Assembly: GCA_965287045.1 (NCBI GenBank)
Contig: OZ336890.1
Coordinates: 40,672,001-40,736,000, forward strand
Reading direction: 5' to 3'
Length of the DNA: 64,000 nucleotides
Source of the DNA: Carcharhinus amblyrhynchos
Lineage: Eukaryota
How positions within the stretch are numbered: the stretch's first letter is position 1; each line of letters starts with the position of its first letter. The translations under genes were made by a program, and so were the position numbers. Under the pieces are notes generated by a model that saw only the letters and a list, made by a program, of their open reading frames with translations, ran no database searches and had not been told where the DNA came from. Below, piece by piece: positions 1 through 11,554 of the stretch.

Positions 1-380
1 TTATTGCCACATGTATTAATATACAGTGAAAAGTATTGTTTCTTGCGCTTTAAACAGACAAAGCATTTTGTTCATTGAGAAGAAAAGGAGAGAGTGCAGA
101 ATGTAATGTTACAATCATAGCTAGGGTGTAGAGAAAGATCAATTTAATGCAAGGTGAGTCCATTCAAAATTCTGATTGCAACAGAGAAGAAGCTGTTCTT
201 GAGTCGGTTAGTATGTGATCTCAGACTTTTGTATCTTTTTCCCAATGGAAGAAGGTGGAAGAGAGAATGTCCGGGGTGCATGGGGTACTTAGTGATGCTG
301 GATGCTTTTCCAAGGCAGCGGGAAGTGTAGACAGAGCCGGTGGATGAGAGACTGGTTTGCCTGATGGATTGGGCTACATT
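1..380 (-). mobile_element. Rex1/Babar-type non-LTR retrotransposon, 3' end fragment
   Basis: Reverse complement matches the 3' region of the RT-bearing copy at 40829-42447 (ttttcactgtatgttaatacatgtggcaataa; gatctttctctacaccctagctatga). Confidence 0.8.
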
Positions 381-524
381 TATTCAAGTTAATAGAAATC
401 AGATTCGTGCCCTTTCGTGTCACCACCGGGGAAGATCTCAAACCGAGATCTCACTGACCAAATCCTGTTCTCCTGAGATTCAGCATTCATTACGGCGTTC
501 ACACTGGTGGTGAATGGGACCACT

Positions 525-610
525 AGATCTCTCCCTCTGAGTTCCAATTGGTCTCCCAGGCCAGGTGACCCTTAACCTGCTGCTTTGCCCTTAAAGGGAC
601 TATCACCACT
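525..610 (-). mobile_element. Partial LTR, same family as solo LTR at 33646
   Basis: Reverse complement tggtgatagtccctttaagggcaaagcagcag...gggtcacctggc...gaccaattggaac aligns to the start of 33646-33875. Confidence 0.5.
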
Positions 611-1455
611 GTTATGAATTAATACAGTGCTAGTTATATCACATGTGGATGTCACTGCTTTGGTAAGTGGGCATTTGATACTGGTCAAGTTTTCTCATTT
701 TCAAAGGCATTCATAAGCATCACTTTATTATATCCTTAAATAGATCTTCCACAGTCAAACGACGGATTAATATGGACTGAGTAATGTGTTACATCAGGGA
801 GTTTAGTCAAATGAAATGAGTACTGTACTGTGGCAGGACCTGCCTCTCCTGCAGATTAATTGAAGAAGGTAATGAAGCTTTGGGTTTAATCTTGGCTGTT
901 CTGTGTGTAACACATGCTGGAAGAACTAAACTGGCATTCTGTTAGAGTATCAGGTACACCTATAAAGGCTTAAGTGCACTACTTTGCTGCCAAAAACATT
1001 GTTTTATTTATTTAAACAGTTACATTGAACTTTATATTAAAGCCAAAAGCTGTAATTCACTGCCGTAATCCCTTCCAGGCAATTTATATACATACTTCAG
1101 TGACGAGGTGTGATGGCTATCGAACGATGTGGGGCAGATTGGACATTTGTATTTTTAGCTCCATCTCTATTTGCTGCTGTCCCTGGGGATCAGATGTCCC
1201 GCAGTGCTCACTAATGTCCGCTGTCCTATTAATGGCCAGCAGGAGGGGCTATTCAAACAGTTGAGTCATGCGCTGTTCCTCTTCACTGCCTGCCAGCTGG
1301 AATCTTCTACCTTTTCATTGCAAGCGGTTTGAGAGCTGATAAAAACCTGCAGTCAACTAAAGGTAGCTAGGTTCAAGCGAGAGACAACGCCAAGAGTGGA
1401 AGCTTTTTTTAATATAGGTCACGCCTTTTGAAATATCTAACATACAGTGAATAAA

Positions 1456-2098
1456 GATTTGAATTATTATTGTCACATGTATTAACATACAATGAAAAGT
1501 CTTGTTTCTTGCGCGCTACACAGACAAAGCATACAGACATGGAGAAGGAGACAGTGCAGAATGTCGTGTTACAGTCATAGCTGGGGTGTAGAGAAAGATC
1601 AACTTAATGCGAGGTAGGTCCATTCAAAAGTCTGATAGCAGCAGGGAAGAAGTTGTTCTTGAGTTGTTTGGTATGTGACCTCAGATTTTTGTATCTTTCT
1701 CCCGATGGAAGAAGGTGGAAGAGAGTATATCCGGGGTGCGTGGTGTCCTAAATTATGCTGGCTGCTTTTCCGAGGCAGCAGGAAGTGTAGACAGAGCCGA
1801 TGGACGGGAGGCTGGTTTGCATGATGGATTGAACTACATTCATGACCTTTTGTAGTTTCTTGTGGTTTTGGGCAGAGCAGGAGCTATACCAAGCTGTGAT
1901 ACAACCAGAAAGAATGCTTTCTATGGTGCATTTGTAAAACTTGGTGAGAGCCGTATGCCATATGTCCTTGGCCTCCTGAGAAAGTAGAGGTGTTGATGGG
2001 CTTTCTTCACTATAGCATAAGCGTGGAGGGACCAGGACAGGTGTTTGATGATTCGAACACCTAAAACCCTGAAGTTCTTGACCATTCCCACTTCATTG
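1456..2098 (-). mobile_element. Rex1/Babar 5'-truncated copy
   Basis: Same 3' UTR as 40829-42447; ORF 1921..2106 gives LSWSLHAYAIVKKAHQHLYFLRR, typical of the Rex1 RT C-terminus. Confidence 0.85.
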
Positions 2099-3923
2099 AA
2101 ATGCATCCCCAGGCAACCATCCTCACCGCAAATTTCCAGTCTCTCCCGTTAAACCTGCAGAGCTTCTAGAATCTGCTGTTTCAACGTTCATCTTACTTTG
2201 ATACAGACATTGAATGAAGTGCAGGTGATAATGTAATCTGAAACAGCAGTGTAGAAAAATTAGTTGCCAACAGTTTCAAAATAGTTTTCCTTTTGTTGGT
2301 TCAGTGAGCCAATAGGATTCCAAACAATATTATAGACACCCATGTACCTACAGTATCACCACCAGCTCATCTAACAGATATTAGATCATCAGCTATTTGC
2401 AAAACATCTTGTTTGTGAGCAAAAGAAAACTGAATTTTTTTTTCCATCAGTTTAACTCCTTGAATTCAGTGTTAGACTTCAGGACTGGAGATGTTGAATA
2501 GATTACATTTGTGTTGGATTCTCCTGAGTTCCACCATATCTGTGGAGAAAGATGGCCAGAACGCTAAGAGAGATAATATTGATGGTGATTTATACCAACT
2601 CCCTGGGAATTCCGTTAGATCCTGTCTCAGAATCTCAGCGATTTGGCCAGCAGTAGGATCTCCTGATCTCATCGCTGTCAGTTGGGTTTCCCATTGAATC
2701 CACCCCACAGTGCCAGGAAAGCCATGGCAAGGGTGCACCATCGTTGGGACCAAGAGATCCCGTTGCCGTAAACAGCCAGAAGATCTCACCCATTGTTTGC
2801 CCTTCCCCAATTTCTCAGCTATGGGTCTACTTGTCAGTACTTAAAAGCGATGATTTAAAAATACCTTATCTCCTTTTGGACCTCTAACAGAGGACTCAAA
2901 TCTTTATTTCATTACTATACTATAACACGGTTCCACTTTACTCTTGGTGTCCCACCAGCTGTGAAATGCCTACAGAAGATGTATAAGGGAACTGACATGG
3001 ATCTTGTCCGTTTTGGTTCAATGTTAGGTGCCCACTCATTCATGTCTGGTTTATGTCATTCATCCGGCTGTAATACCATTTCCTCCGAAAGAGGAATAAG
3101 TTCCTGTTCTTGCACCACAGTCAGCGTTAACGTCACCCGGACACATTTTTCAAAGCCCTTGAATTTTTCTGCTCTGCTCGCTGGCATCCCACTGCTCTTG
3201 CATCAGAGCAGTCAGAGTTATTGTAGAACAGTTGCTCGGGGCTGTCAGTTATGACCTTTTTCCAAATACTGGGCTGCAGTCCTTGGGAAAAAAAAGGACT
3301 TGGAATCACGAAAGTGCAATCAGATATTTATAGATGGGGATAGCAGCTGTGGAGGCTGAGAGTGTGCATTTGGTTTGCAGTTGGCCGTACTGACCCTGAA
3401 GTGGATAAGGTCAGATAAAAGCAAATATGGCACCCGGCTAACAATACATTGTTGAAGGTTAGTGCTGCAGTGACAGGTGCTTTTGCAAGCTTTGATAAAG
3501 TAAGTTGCTATTATTGACTGCAACCACAATTAAAAGGAAAACCTACAGAAACGCAATGTGTTGCATTAAAATCCACCATAATAACAGTAATAGCACCCTG
3601 TTTCGGAGCTTTTAAAGTTGGAATATTCACCTGTGGTAATCTGAATATTATAAACGAAATGGCACGTAGCTCTTCAATGTCTGTCTTGACGCATCTCAAT
3701 ATAAAGAATGGATAACTGCTTTTGGAAAAGACACCTTCATTGAAAATTGACCCTAGATTGTGCAGGAACAATCACAGGGATCGCTAAGGTTTGAAACTCA
3801 AGCTGTGGCCTAAAGTCCAAGTGCTGATGTCAAAGGAGTGGTGTCCTTGATGCTGATACAATGGAAAAGGAAGTTTCTCCTCCACACTGGATACCTCCTT
3901 TCACATTCCTCAATCTTATTGAA

Positions 3924-4180
3924 ATGGAGATGCCGGCGTTGGACTGGGGTAAGCATAGTAAGAATGTCATCAGGTTAAAGTCCAACAGGTTTTTTTGGTA
4001 GCAGAGCTTTTGGAGTGCTGCTCTTCCATCAGGTCAGTGGAGCGTTGGGTTCACAAGCAGAGAATATATTTGCCCTATTCCCTGTTTGTGAACCCAACTC
4101 TTAACTCACCTGATGAAGGAGCAGCACTCCGAAAGCTTGTGCTACTGAATAAACTTGTTGGACATTAACCTGGTGTTGGA
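3924..4180. mobile_element. Fold-back Penelope-like terminal-repeat element with hammerhead ribozyme core
   Basis: Inverted arms (ttaaagtccaacagg / ttgttggacattaa); 12-bp TSD aatcttattgaa at 3912-3923 and 4181-4192; CTGATGA-A-GGAG-CAGCA-CTCC-GAAA-GCTT-GTG at 4110-4141. Confidence 0.75.
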
Positions 4181-4204
4181 AATCTTATTGAAGGAATTCA
4201 TCAT

Positions 4205-4536
4205 CGGATCAAAGAGTCACGACAGTGCAGAAGGTCATTCGGCTCTTCGAGTCTGCACCGACAACAATCTCACTCAGGCCCTATCCCTGTAACCTCATGT
4301 ATTTACCCTAATAATCCCTCTGACACTTAGGGGCAACTTAACATGGCCAATCCACCTAACTTGAGTATATTTGGATGAAAAACCAAAATTTTGGGAGAAA
4401 ACTAGAGCACCCGGGGGAAACTCATGCAGACACAGGGTGAATGTGCAGACTCTACAATGTCATCCAAGGCCAGAATTGAACCCGGGCACTGGCACTGTGA
4501 GGCAGCAGTGCTAACCACTGTGCCATTGTGTTACCC
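4205..4536 (-). mobile_element. HE1-type V-SINE (tRNA head, CR1-like tail)
   Basis: Reverse complement has a tRNA A/B-box head (cacagtggttagcactgctgcctcacag...cccgggttcaatt), V-domain and a gcagactcgaagagccgaatgaccttctgcactgt tail. Confidence 0.85.
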
Positions 4537-4726
4537 ACAATATAAAGTCATTCATTAAATAAATCTATGACTAAAAAGCAAATATCAAATTGCCACCCAA
4601 TGTTCGAGAAGAAATAAGTAAGTAAACCACGCAAGAGAATGGAAGTTCCTATCTTCACCATGTAATTAATAGAACATAAAATGGCTTGCTCGTAGCATGT
4701 GCTGACTAATTAAGGATAATTCACAC

Positions 4727-4852
4727 TGGGCGGGATTTTACAACCTCGCTTGGGCAAAATCATAAAATCTTGCCCAAGATCAACAGAAATTTCCATTCTG
4801 TGGGCCTCGCCCGCTCTAGAATCGGGTGGGCAAGGGGGCAAAATTTCGGCCA
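4727..4852. mobile_element. Short MITE (PIF/Harbinger-like termini)
   Basis: Imperfect TIRs gggcgggatttt / aaaatttcggcc; related short elements recur at about 35360-35573, 51239-51365, 62716-62849 and 63064-63166. Confidence 0.55.
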
Positions 4853-5769
4853 TTGTCTCCAGTCTCACACTCGAGGTGTTAAATCTTCTGTAATTACTTA
4901 GCATTCTGGTTTAATTTGTTGGCACTAAAGTCTGCAGACGATTAAAAACTACGCACCTCGCCGTTTCTGTTTTCCCCCAATGTTCATGATTTTGTCTGTG
5001 CGTTTAAATTTTTATGTGGTACTGTTCAAGATGGTACCAATAAACTGTGGATAATATTTTATTGCCAGCAGATGGTATGGGCGTATTGCCCACCTCCTGT
5101 AGCTGCCATCACCACCACAGTTATATTGCATGGCTGGTGTGAACTGCATTCTTTTTCTGTTTAAATTTTCAACACTTAGTCTTCTTGTTTATGCCTGGAA
5201 TTGTGAAAGCATCAAGAAGGGACATCCAGCCTGGGATTCACGTGCATTCTAAATGCAACGGCATGAATAACTAGTTTTGAACTGACCGCTATTCTGTTGG
5301 AAACACACCATCAGTAGCTTGTTATGTTTTTGTGCATAACTACTGTAAATATGAATAAAACCTTAGTATCAGTTGAAGCTTGAAGGTTATGGTCAGGCAT
5401 TTTGGTATTCCTCCCCCCCACTCCCACCCCGTGTGAAACAGGTGGTGGGGATGGTTTAGTGAGAGTCTCAAGTCAGTGGCATAATTACGAATCACTTGGT
5501 GATAAATTCGACAGCCCCCAGGAACAGACTCACAAACTCACGCCTGTTGATTCCGACACAGACAAAGCGATTGAGTGAGTTTGAATAGTGTTGAACTCAT
5601 TCTTCAATGACTACTGCACACCTCAGCAAGAACTCAGGTTTGCACAGGGCTGGCACCATGTAAAAACTAGCCAACATTACTCAAAGTGCCCTGAAAAGGA
5701 GGCGCGTTCTGATTGGAGAAGGTGCTGACACTATATTGTAGAAGAGTCTCTACTGGAAGGAGAGTGGAC

Positions 5770-7110
5770 CATGGCACAGCAGGGGAAAGCACAAGCTCCA
5801 AGATTCTTTGAGGCTGCATTAGAGGCCTTGGTGGAAGAGGTTGAAGAGGGAGAATAGAGGTCCCCTGTCCTCTAGGGTCCAGGATGTGAAGATGCCAGCA
5901 TCGGATTGAGATGGGCACAGTAAGAAGTCTCACAATATCAGGTTGAAGCCCAACGGGCTTCTGATACCAAATAAACCTGTTGGATTTTAACTTGGTGTTG
6001 AGAGACTTCTTACAGGAGTCCAGGATACTCTCCAGATAATGAGGGACATTTACCCATGACAGACAGTCTCAGAGGTTGAACCCCAAGGAACCTGATGCAA
6101 ACTGCAAGACATTCAATGATCTGACATTAATGGTCAAGATCAGAGAATTCACCTTCAAGCATCATGTCCCAATCACTGTAACACTCGCCTCACATTTCCC
6201 TCAACACGTCACACCCCAGTTATGTAACTGACCAATAATCTGTCAATCACGACTCATAGCTCACATTCATAGCCTCATCTCATCCTTACACATTTAGCAC
6301 TGCTTCAAGTTTCACACCTACACCTCATATCTTGCACAAACTGACAGCTATTCAACCAAGATAGATATATCACCCAAATAGATTACGGCAAACTAATGGA
6401 CACAGTTTCCTACTTCTTCCTCCTGTCAGACAGACAGCTGCATAACTAGAGGTGGCAGGAACTAATTGGCAGGGGGCAGGCATGGCATGCTGATCATATT
6501 GGAGGGGACAGTGGTCGCCAGCGTTTGAATAACCATTGTTGAAGGTGCAGCAGGGCAGGAGCCACAGAAGTAGTGTTGCCAACTCTGGCTGTGTGGAATC
6601 CTGGAGATTTTGCCATCTGACTTCCTGCTTACAACCCAATAAGTTCAGTTGAGTTCAGTTTATTTATTTATCAGTGTCACAAGTAGGCTTACAGTAACAT
6701 TGCAATGAAATTACTGTGGAAATCCCCTGGTCGCCACACTACTTGCGACACTAACAAATAAACTAATATCTGCCTCCATTATAGCACTAAAAGAAGCTAC
6801 CCAAAGTCTGAATGCTGCCATGAAAACTCAGACTGAGGCCACACAAGGTCAATGGAAGCTCAAGTTGCTTCCACACAACCTGAACTTCATGACAGGTCAG
6901 ACTGTTTCCATCGTGGCTGCAGATACCATGTTCAAAGGGGCTTGTTATGGGGTAACCGCAGTTCAACAATCTGTCTTCCCACCGCTGACTAGGATTGCTG
7001 AGGTCGCGTCCTGGGACAATGGCAACAACTCCTTGGAGCTTCAATCAGCTGTTCTCTTTCAGGCCGGGTAACCTCTATTATATTACAATGAAGTATCCAA
7101 CGCGTGAAAG
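5770..7110 (+). pseudogene. Decayed Harbinger-type Myb/SANT-like DNA-binding protein gene (transposon remnant)
   Basis: Translates in pieces as QAPRFFEAALEALVEEVE, then PRNLMQ.CKTFNDLTLMVK, then after a polypyrimidine-CAG acceptor at 6429 TAAHN*RWQELIG. This resembles the APRF...CRKKFNDL...AHNxRExxxTGGG pattern of Harbinger Myb-like ORFs. Multiple frameshifts and insertions. Confidence 0.55.
5883..6012. mobile_element. Fold-back Penelope-like element (centre deleted)
   Basis: Same termini as 3924 copy; palindromic gtaagaagtctcacaa / ttgagagacttcttac; imperfect TSD agggtccaggat / aggagtccaggat; inserted in the Myb remnant. Confidence 0.7.
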
Positions 7111-7984
7111 TTCCTGGCCATGGTCGCTTTTAAAACCTCTCAGCAGTGTCACCCTCTGTCTACTTGGAGGTTGTAGTTCCAGCTGCTGTAAGCGGTAGAT
7201 TGCAGTGAGAATGCCCTTGCTGAATTCTGACTTGCTGGCCAGGGTTTTGTTCAAGTGATTGGGCGGACGGGGTGTTTCCATCATTTGGAGAACCGGGGCG
7301 GTGGGGGCCCAGCATTTCTTCCATGGGGTTGGCTGAATGGTTTACAGGCCAGCGATGGGCCTTTCACACAATCAAGCCCCCAGTGTGATGGAGATCCCAC
7401 CCACAACAGCTAATTAGAGACTGGCACCTCTCCATGGCAGGCAGCGCCCCCAGGGGTAGTGGCTGCCGCCGGTAATGCTTCAAGACCCAGCCTAAGGATT
7501 GCCACTGGATCCCTGGATACAGGTAAGTGGGACAGAATGGGGGCCACAGGGAGGGAATCACCAGAGGAGTGTGTGGGGAGAATGGGTGCGGGGAATGGGT
7601 GGTGGACAGAAAGTTGCAGGCAAAAATGAATTGTAGGATTTTGTTGGGAGAACTTGGTCTTTCTAACTCACTTTTTGTCCTTTGCTGCCTGTACATTTTG
7701 CTGTTCAAAGGAAATGAAGCCACTAAATGAGATTTCTCACAGATAGTTCATTGCTTTGCACTTTACTCCTATTCTATGGTGGACATGTCACAGTTCCCGA
7801 GGTTCACCTTATGGGAGTCCTTAACCTTGACCTCTGCCTGCCTTGCAAGCCATGTCCAAGTTTAAAGTGTGAATATATGTGACCATTTTAGGGATTTTAT
7901 TGTCAGTCAAATGTACATTAAAGTTAGTTTATTTATTAGTCACAAGTAGGCTTACATTCACACTGCAATGAAGTTACTCATGTA

Positions 7985-8210
7985 ATTTCATGAACACTCC
8001 ATCTGAGCTGGGTGCTGATGATGAATGTTCAGTTCCAGATGTTTCTGTTCTTTGAAGTAATTCAGTGTTAAGCACTCGGTCCTCCCATCTGAAGCCAGTG
8101 ATGCCCCAAGTGCATCACGTGAAGAGCCTAGCTGCCCAAAGCTTTATATAGCTGCAGTAAATAGACCATGTCTCACAGGCACATGAGAGGGTAGCTAGTA
8201 CCATAGCTTT
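7985..8210 (-). mobile_element. RTE/BovB-clade LINE fragment (region C-terminal to RT)
   Basis: Minus-strand translation AMVLATLSCACETWSIYCSYIK...FRWEDRVLNTELLQRT...ISTQLRWSVH resembles the RTE motifs LLYGCETW, WQDKVPNTEVL and QLRWAGH. Confidence 0.65.
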
Positions 8211-8953
8211 GTACACAGCAATTGCCCTCACATGCCCTCCACCACCACCACCACCACCATCATACCCATTCTGGCAGACTTCATTAACTTCCACTCACTG
8301 TTCCAATAGAGATAGCAGAATTCCTGACACCCCGGGTGGACTTGGACCCCTGCTTCGAGCCCTCCACCCTCCTCTTTCTCTCCCTCTTCCCTCTTCTGGT
8401 GGCTTGTCCTGCTCAGCGTCATCTCTTCTCGTTCTCCCTGCCTTGCAACAGTACAAGTGGAATAGGCATTACTGCACCCATGTCTGGGAGCAAGTAGTTG
8501 TGCAGAATCCTGGAACTCAGGACAAAGTCATTCAGCAAGAGTAACGTCATTCCCTCTGGACTTTCGCAGGTTTAAAGAGCTGTGAAACCACCAAACACCA
8601 TTGCAGTTACAGCCACTGGAAATCAGTCAGCATCGAATCTGTAAGGAGCTGATGATCCTTTAATGATCACTGACTGGGGCTCCTTCCTGCTGTTGATGGT
8701 TTTTACAGTTGTACATACTTAAAACATAGCATCAGATGGCTTGTTGACAAAAAATAGTTGCATTGCTTGTGTCAGATTGGTGTTGCACACTGATTGACAT
8801 CCCTATCAGGCATCTATGCATGTTTATACATGTGCAATCAATATCGCCAACAAAATGATACCCAGTGCTTTTTCTCCAACATGTGTTGATGCCATTTTGG
8901 AGTCAAATCGGCACTTGCAACACCAAAAAAATGGCTGAAGAGTCAAATTTTAT

Positions 8954-9308
8954 GGGCGACATGGTGGCATAGTGGTTAGCACTGCTGCCACACAACACCA
9001 GGAACCTGGGTTCAACTCCAAAGATGTACAGGTTAGGTTGATTGGCCATGCCAAATTGCCCCTCAGTGTTAGGTGGAGTTAAGGGGTTAGTGTCTAGGTG
9101 GGATTGTGGTCAGTGCGGACTCAATGAACCAAATGGCCTCCTCCTGCACAGCAGGGATTCTATTATTTTGTGATTCAATCCCGGCCTCGGTGTCTGTGCG
9201 GAGTTTGCACGTTCTCCCCCTGTCTGCATGGGTTTCCTCCAGATGCTCTAGTTTCCGACATGGTGGCGCAGTTGGCCTCCTTTTGCACTGTAGGGATTCT
9301 ATGATTCC
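8954..9308 (+). mobile_element. Rearranged (permuted) HE1-type V-SINE
   Basis: Order is head, 3' half with tail, displaced middle segment, short second head copy, second tail. Confidence 0.8.
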
Positions 9309-10290
9309 CTCGTTCTGTCCCAGTCCCAGCAGGCATAAAGCTGGAGATTTCCATTTGTGGGAGACTTGCACCAGGAATGTCCCTCGCATCTTCCCCAATC
9401 ATTGACTGTACTTTTAATCAAATAACCGCAGAAAAGATATTTAGGCAGTCCATCCGCTTTCCTCTTGATCTTCCACTCACAAAATTACTTGTGCCTGAGG
9501 AGGAAAACCTTAATCAAAGTAAATTTGCAGGAAAAACATCAAATGTTCGTCCATCCTTTATAAAGAGTAAGTTTTTACCTCAGGTGTCAAACCAGCTGCA
9601 GGGTCACTGCTGTACAGGGCTTCTTTCTATAAGAATTTATGGGGCTGTAGTAACTGCACATCTGTGTGGTGTGCAATCGATCTGTGCCAAGAGCATAAAA
9701 CCGGTCCTGAAGCAAAGCGGCCGATGATTTTTCATGGCACCAGTTTTTATTTTCCATTGATTTGGAAAATATTGACAAGACTTTTTATTTCAAACCCCAA
9801 TGAAGCAAGTTTCCAAGAAGACTGCGAGCTGTCATTCCAAGAACTTCAGTAGAAAGAAGATTGAACAGAACAAAAAGTTGGTGACCAATTCACTCTGAGC
9901 TGCTTACGCGTTGCTGGCCCAGAACCAGTTTCACCTCAGCGGAGTTTCTGGGTGGGAGGTTTGTTCAAAGTGCTCTGTTAAATGTTCTCGAATTGAGTGA
10001 GAAGCTAAGTGTTTTTTATTGTGGCCACTTCTTGCCACTGAAGTTCACAGAAGGTTAGTTCAAATTCTTATTGGTGACTCGTTAACTAGTTTCACTGCCT
10101 TGTGTGGTTGCTCAGTGGCAACCCAGAAAGATTCTTACATCTGCAGCACAAAGCAGCCAGCTTTTCAAGTGCGATGAATTTCATCAGACCACTTTCAGTT
10201 CATTAAGCAGGTGCAGCTAAGAATACCAAAGCTTTTTGTTACAGAGAAAGGCAATACTTGTCTTAGCCCTGTAGAAATTAGTTGCACAAT

Positions 10291-10440
10291 CATAAGAAAT
10301 AGGAGCAGGGTTAGTGTATTCAGCTCTTTGCCCTTGCTCCATTTTGTAAGATCATGGCCGATCTGATTGCAGCCTCAACTCCACTTTCCTACCTGCCCCC
10401 AGAACCCTCGACTCACTTCCCACTTGAATTAAACATCTGG
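10291..10440 (-). mobile_element. CR1 LINE 3' UTR fragment
   Basis: cataagaaataggagcagg...aagatcatggccgatctgattgcagcctcaactccactttcc is the reverse complement of the CR1 tail seen at 47680-47780. Confidence 0.7.
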
Positions 10441-11220
10441 CCGACATTGTCTGATTGTGGATAAGACCATGTAACCTCCTGCATCCATTGGCAGACGTGG
10501 TCTTCTCTATCTGAGGGCCAGGTGTGGAATCCAGGAATTCGGAGCAGGTGGGGGCTGACTGAACATTTCACAATCAGCAAATACCTTTGGGCTGCATCGC
10601 GGAGCCACACCAGGTTTGAACCTGAACTTTTCAATCTCCGGAATATTGCTGATAATGGTGAACAAGAGCTCCTATTTCTTTGAAAGACGACAAAGAGAGA
10701 TGACAGCAACCCTCTGTCCCAAATTGAACCGGTGATTTCATTCTTCTGGACACTCATAGAATCCCTACAGGGGGATCTAGTTAACCAATTTCCATCAACA
10801 AACAATGTCTTAAATTTAGCATGTGTGGTTAGTCTTTATGGATCAGCAACCCTATTTATTGCAGTTTGTTGGTCAGGTTTGACAAAAATAATCTGTATTT
10901 AAGTAAACCTGCTCACCGTATGATTAACTACATTCGTGATTGAGGGACGAGATTAGAGCCTGCGTATATTTTAATTTTCCAAGTTATTAAGTTGAGCATC
11001 TGTGGTTCAACCTGGGTGCGGTACTTTGACTTCTCTGAAAGGAATGAAAGTTAAGTTGTATCTCTGGCTAATTGAGTGATGAGTCAAATCAAACTTTTGA
11101 AATAAATAGGGTTTTGAGATCTTTATGAGAAGACAAATGAATGTTGAACCCTGAGAAGTGGAGAACTCTGAACATATACAAAAACATTCACAGGTGAAAA
11201 CCTTTCGAAATTTTGGCCCA

Positions 11221-11554
11221 CCACACGCACACACACGTACACATGCACACATATACATACATGTGTGCGCACATATGTACGTGCACACCCGTACATGCTT
11301 GCACGCATGCATGCACACACATGCACATACTGGCACACACGCACACATGCATTCACACACATGCGCATACATGCCATGTGCATACACGCACATGCGTACA
11401 TGCACATGTACACACATACATGCATAAAAGCATGCACATATATGCATGTGTGCATACTTTCACACGCACATACATACATACACACACACGTGCACATACA
11501 CACATGCACGTACAACACGCATGCATGGGGACGCAAACACACACACGCGCACAC
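11221..11554. repeat. Degenerate (CA/TA/CG)n alternating purine-pyrimidine microsatellite
   Basis: About 330 bp of cacacatgcacatatacatacatgtgtgcgc-type sequence. Confidence 0.95.

Noticed and set aside
1232-1252. CTCF-like motif tggccagcaggaggggcta
   Set aside because: Two mismatches at core positions and no supporting evidence; chance matches are expected in 64 kb.
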